Source: Phycisphaerales bacterium (lineage in GTDB: Bacteria > Planctomycetota > Phycisphaerae > Phycisphaerales > SM1A02). From it: 64,000 nucleotides of DNA. Made by a program: the position numbers and the translations under genes. How positions within the stretch are numbered: position 1 is the stretch's first letter; every line of letters begins with the position of its first letter. The stretch spans positions 318,327-382,326 of the forward strand of contig JAXMAE010000004.1 in NCBI GenBank assembly GCA_046350495.1, in the 5' to 3' direction. Below are positions 62,653-64,000 of the stretch, piece after piece. A model generated the notes under the pieces. The model was not told where the DNA came from. It worked only from the letters and a program-made list of their open reading frames with translations, and searched no databases.

Positions 62653-63876
62653 TCACCCCGTCCACGCCGAGAGCAGCATCGCCAGGTCGGACGCGTTGAC
62701 GGCATTGTCCCAGTCAAGGTCCTGCGGGCAGTCGCTCGGACACGGTCCCCACGCGCCCAAGAGCGTCGAGAGGTCCGCTGCATTCACCACGCCGTCGCCG
62801 TTGAGATCGGCGGGCTTCGGCGTTCGGAACCACGGCCGCGCGAACGGCGAGTTGAGGAAGTGCGCCATCAAGAGGGTCGACACCTTGTCGACGCCGCTCG
62901 CCGACGGATGCGTGCCGTCGGCGTTGAAGTCGGCGCACGTCCACGTCAAGCCGTCGCTCCGCGGCGTCAGTCCGTCGGCCCAGAGATACGGCCCCCAGAC
63001 GAGCACCGGCGCGTTCGGGCCCGCGACCAACGGTCCGTAGCCCTCGCTGGGCGGATTGCCCGCGTCCTGGCTGATCTGCTCGGCGATCACGAACTTCACG
63101 CCGAACCCGCTCTCGTACGCGAACGGTTCCGGATTGAGCGTCGACGACGCGTAGCCCGCGTAGATGCGGCTCGAGAGGAACGCGAGCCTGCAGTTGGGAT
63201 AGCGCACGCGCACCGCTCGAGCGATCGCGGCCGTCTGCGTCGCGAGCGTGAACGCGTCGGCGTTCCCAGCCGGCAGCGAAACGCTCGGCGCCGCGTTCGC
63301 GACCTTGATCCACACCGCCTCGACCTGCGCTTCGGTGAGCCCGAGCGGCGCGAGTTCCTGATCGCGGACGCGGTCGTAGTTCGGGTCCGTCGGCGAGTCC
63401 CAGGTCGCCGCGGTCTGTCCGCCCGCCGCGCCGTCGACGAGAACGACGTGCGCCTGATCGACGGCAGGGTCCGCGATCGCCTTCGCCGCGAACGAGTTCG
63501 GCGTGCAGCCTCCGCCCGGTCCGGCGCCGCAGAACTCCTGCGTGGTGTTGCTCATGCCGATCGAGAGGAGGACGACCTTGCCGTCGGGCGACGGCACGCC
63601 GCTCGGCAGTCGCGGCGCGATCGCCGCCGCCTGTTGCCGCGCGAGCGTGTGATGCGGTCCCGGAGGCGTGTTGAAGCCGCCCGGGTAGAGGCCGCCTTCG
63701 AACGCGCCGAGGTAGAGGCCCGGTCCCAGATCGGTCAGGGGGATGCGCCCGGTCGCCGTCTGCGAGCAGTCGGACGCGACGGCTTCCGATGCGGCCGCGG
63801 CGACGACGGCAACGACCATCGCGAGCCCGCGCTCTCGAGACCGCCCGACTCGCACGTGCCTTCGCGCTCCGTCCAT
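62653..63876 (-). CDS. secreted SGNH/esterase-like protein with a C-terminal double dockerin-like module
   Basis: ORF 62653..63876(-). The signal peptide is ...VVAVVAAAASEAVAS. The block VVLLSIGMSNT resembles the nucleophile block of SASA/SGNH-type esterases. That assignment is tentative. The C-terminus is DLNGDGVVNAADLSTLLGAWG...DLDWDNAVNASDLAMLLSAWTG. Confidence 0.55.
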   Translation of the reverse strand: MDGARRHVRVGRSRERGLAMVVAVVAAAASEAVASDCSQTATGRIPLTDLGPGLYLGAFEGGLYPGGFNTPPGPHHTLARQQAAAIAPRLPSGVPSPDGKVVLLSIGMSNTTQEFCGAGPGGGCTPNSFAAKAIADPAVDQAHVVLVDGAAGGQTAATWDSPTDPNYDRVRDQELAPLGLTEAQVEAVWIKVANAAPSVSLPAGNADAFTLATQTAAIARAVRVRYPNCRLAFLSSRIYAGYASSTLNPEPFAYESGFGVKFVIAEQISQDAGNPPSEGYGPLVAGPNAPVLVWGPYLWADGLTPRSDGLTWTCADFNADGTHPSASGVDKVSTLLMAHFLNSPFARPWFRTPKPADLNGDGVVNAADLSTLLGAWGPCPSDCPQDLDWDNAVNASDLAMLLSAWTG

Positions 63877-64000
63877 GTCATCGCTCCTTGGCCTGGGACT
63901 CGATTCGCCGCGCCGCCGACGTCGCCTCGCGGGACGAGCGAGCGCTCGTCGCGCGGCCGCCGAAACGCGACCGTTCGATCGACATTGCGGCGAACTCGCC

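Overview
Very GC-rich (roughly 70% by eye) bacterial chromosomal window. Protein families were recognised by eye from the supplied translations, without searches. Starts were chosen by checking start codons, Shine-Dalgarno-like motifs and stop/start overlaps in the nucleotide sequence. Many long ORFs in the track are Arg/Ala/Pro-rich shadow frames and were ignored.

Content by region:
- 0-6.5 kb: a late flagellar operon (flgI, rod-binding protein, flgN, flgK, flgL, fliW) with a candidate sigma-54 promoter.
- 6.5-21 kb: envelope and housekeeping genes. These include a GT-C-like membrane protein, a SurA/PrsA-like lipoprotein, an LptF/LptG pair, an NtrC-type sigma-54 activator, recX, rhodanese and cdsA.
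- 20.8-21.6 kb: a two-gene nucleotidyltransferase module.
- 23.6-29 kb: pyruvate dehydrogenase E1alpha/E1beta/E2, split by an inserted surface-protein gene.
- 29-38 kb: PP2C phosphatase, Ca/H antiporter, SulP permease, S41 protease and ruvC.
- 38.4-40.8 kb: a small accessory islet with an IS66 transposase remnant, a membrane methyltransferase and an intact 848-bp IS5-family element.
- 40.8-48.9 kb: nrnA, ribF, a large NAD-glutamate dehydrogenase, and a DUF4139 gene coupled to a methyltransferase gene.
- Remainder: many exported repeat proteins that end in paired dockerin/EF-hand-like modules with a recurring LLGAWG-type motif.

The overall gene set suggests Planctomycetota, Phycisphaerae-like. 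This is an inference only.

I see no clear canonical defence system, CRISPR array, tRNA or rRNA. The best candidate for an undescribed system is the co-directional seven-gene cluster of exported proteins at 53.9-62.6 kb. It encodes a secreted protein, a coiled-coil lipoprotein, a polyproline membrane protein, two Cys-rich prepilin-like paralogs, a free-standing P-domain protein with a PEP-CTERM-like tail, and a frameshifted dockerin beta-propeller. The window-wide dockerin-like anchor family with no recognisable cohesin is a related observation.
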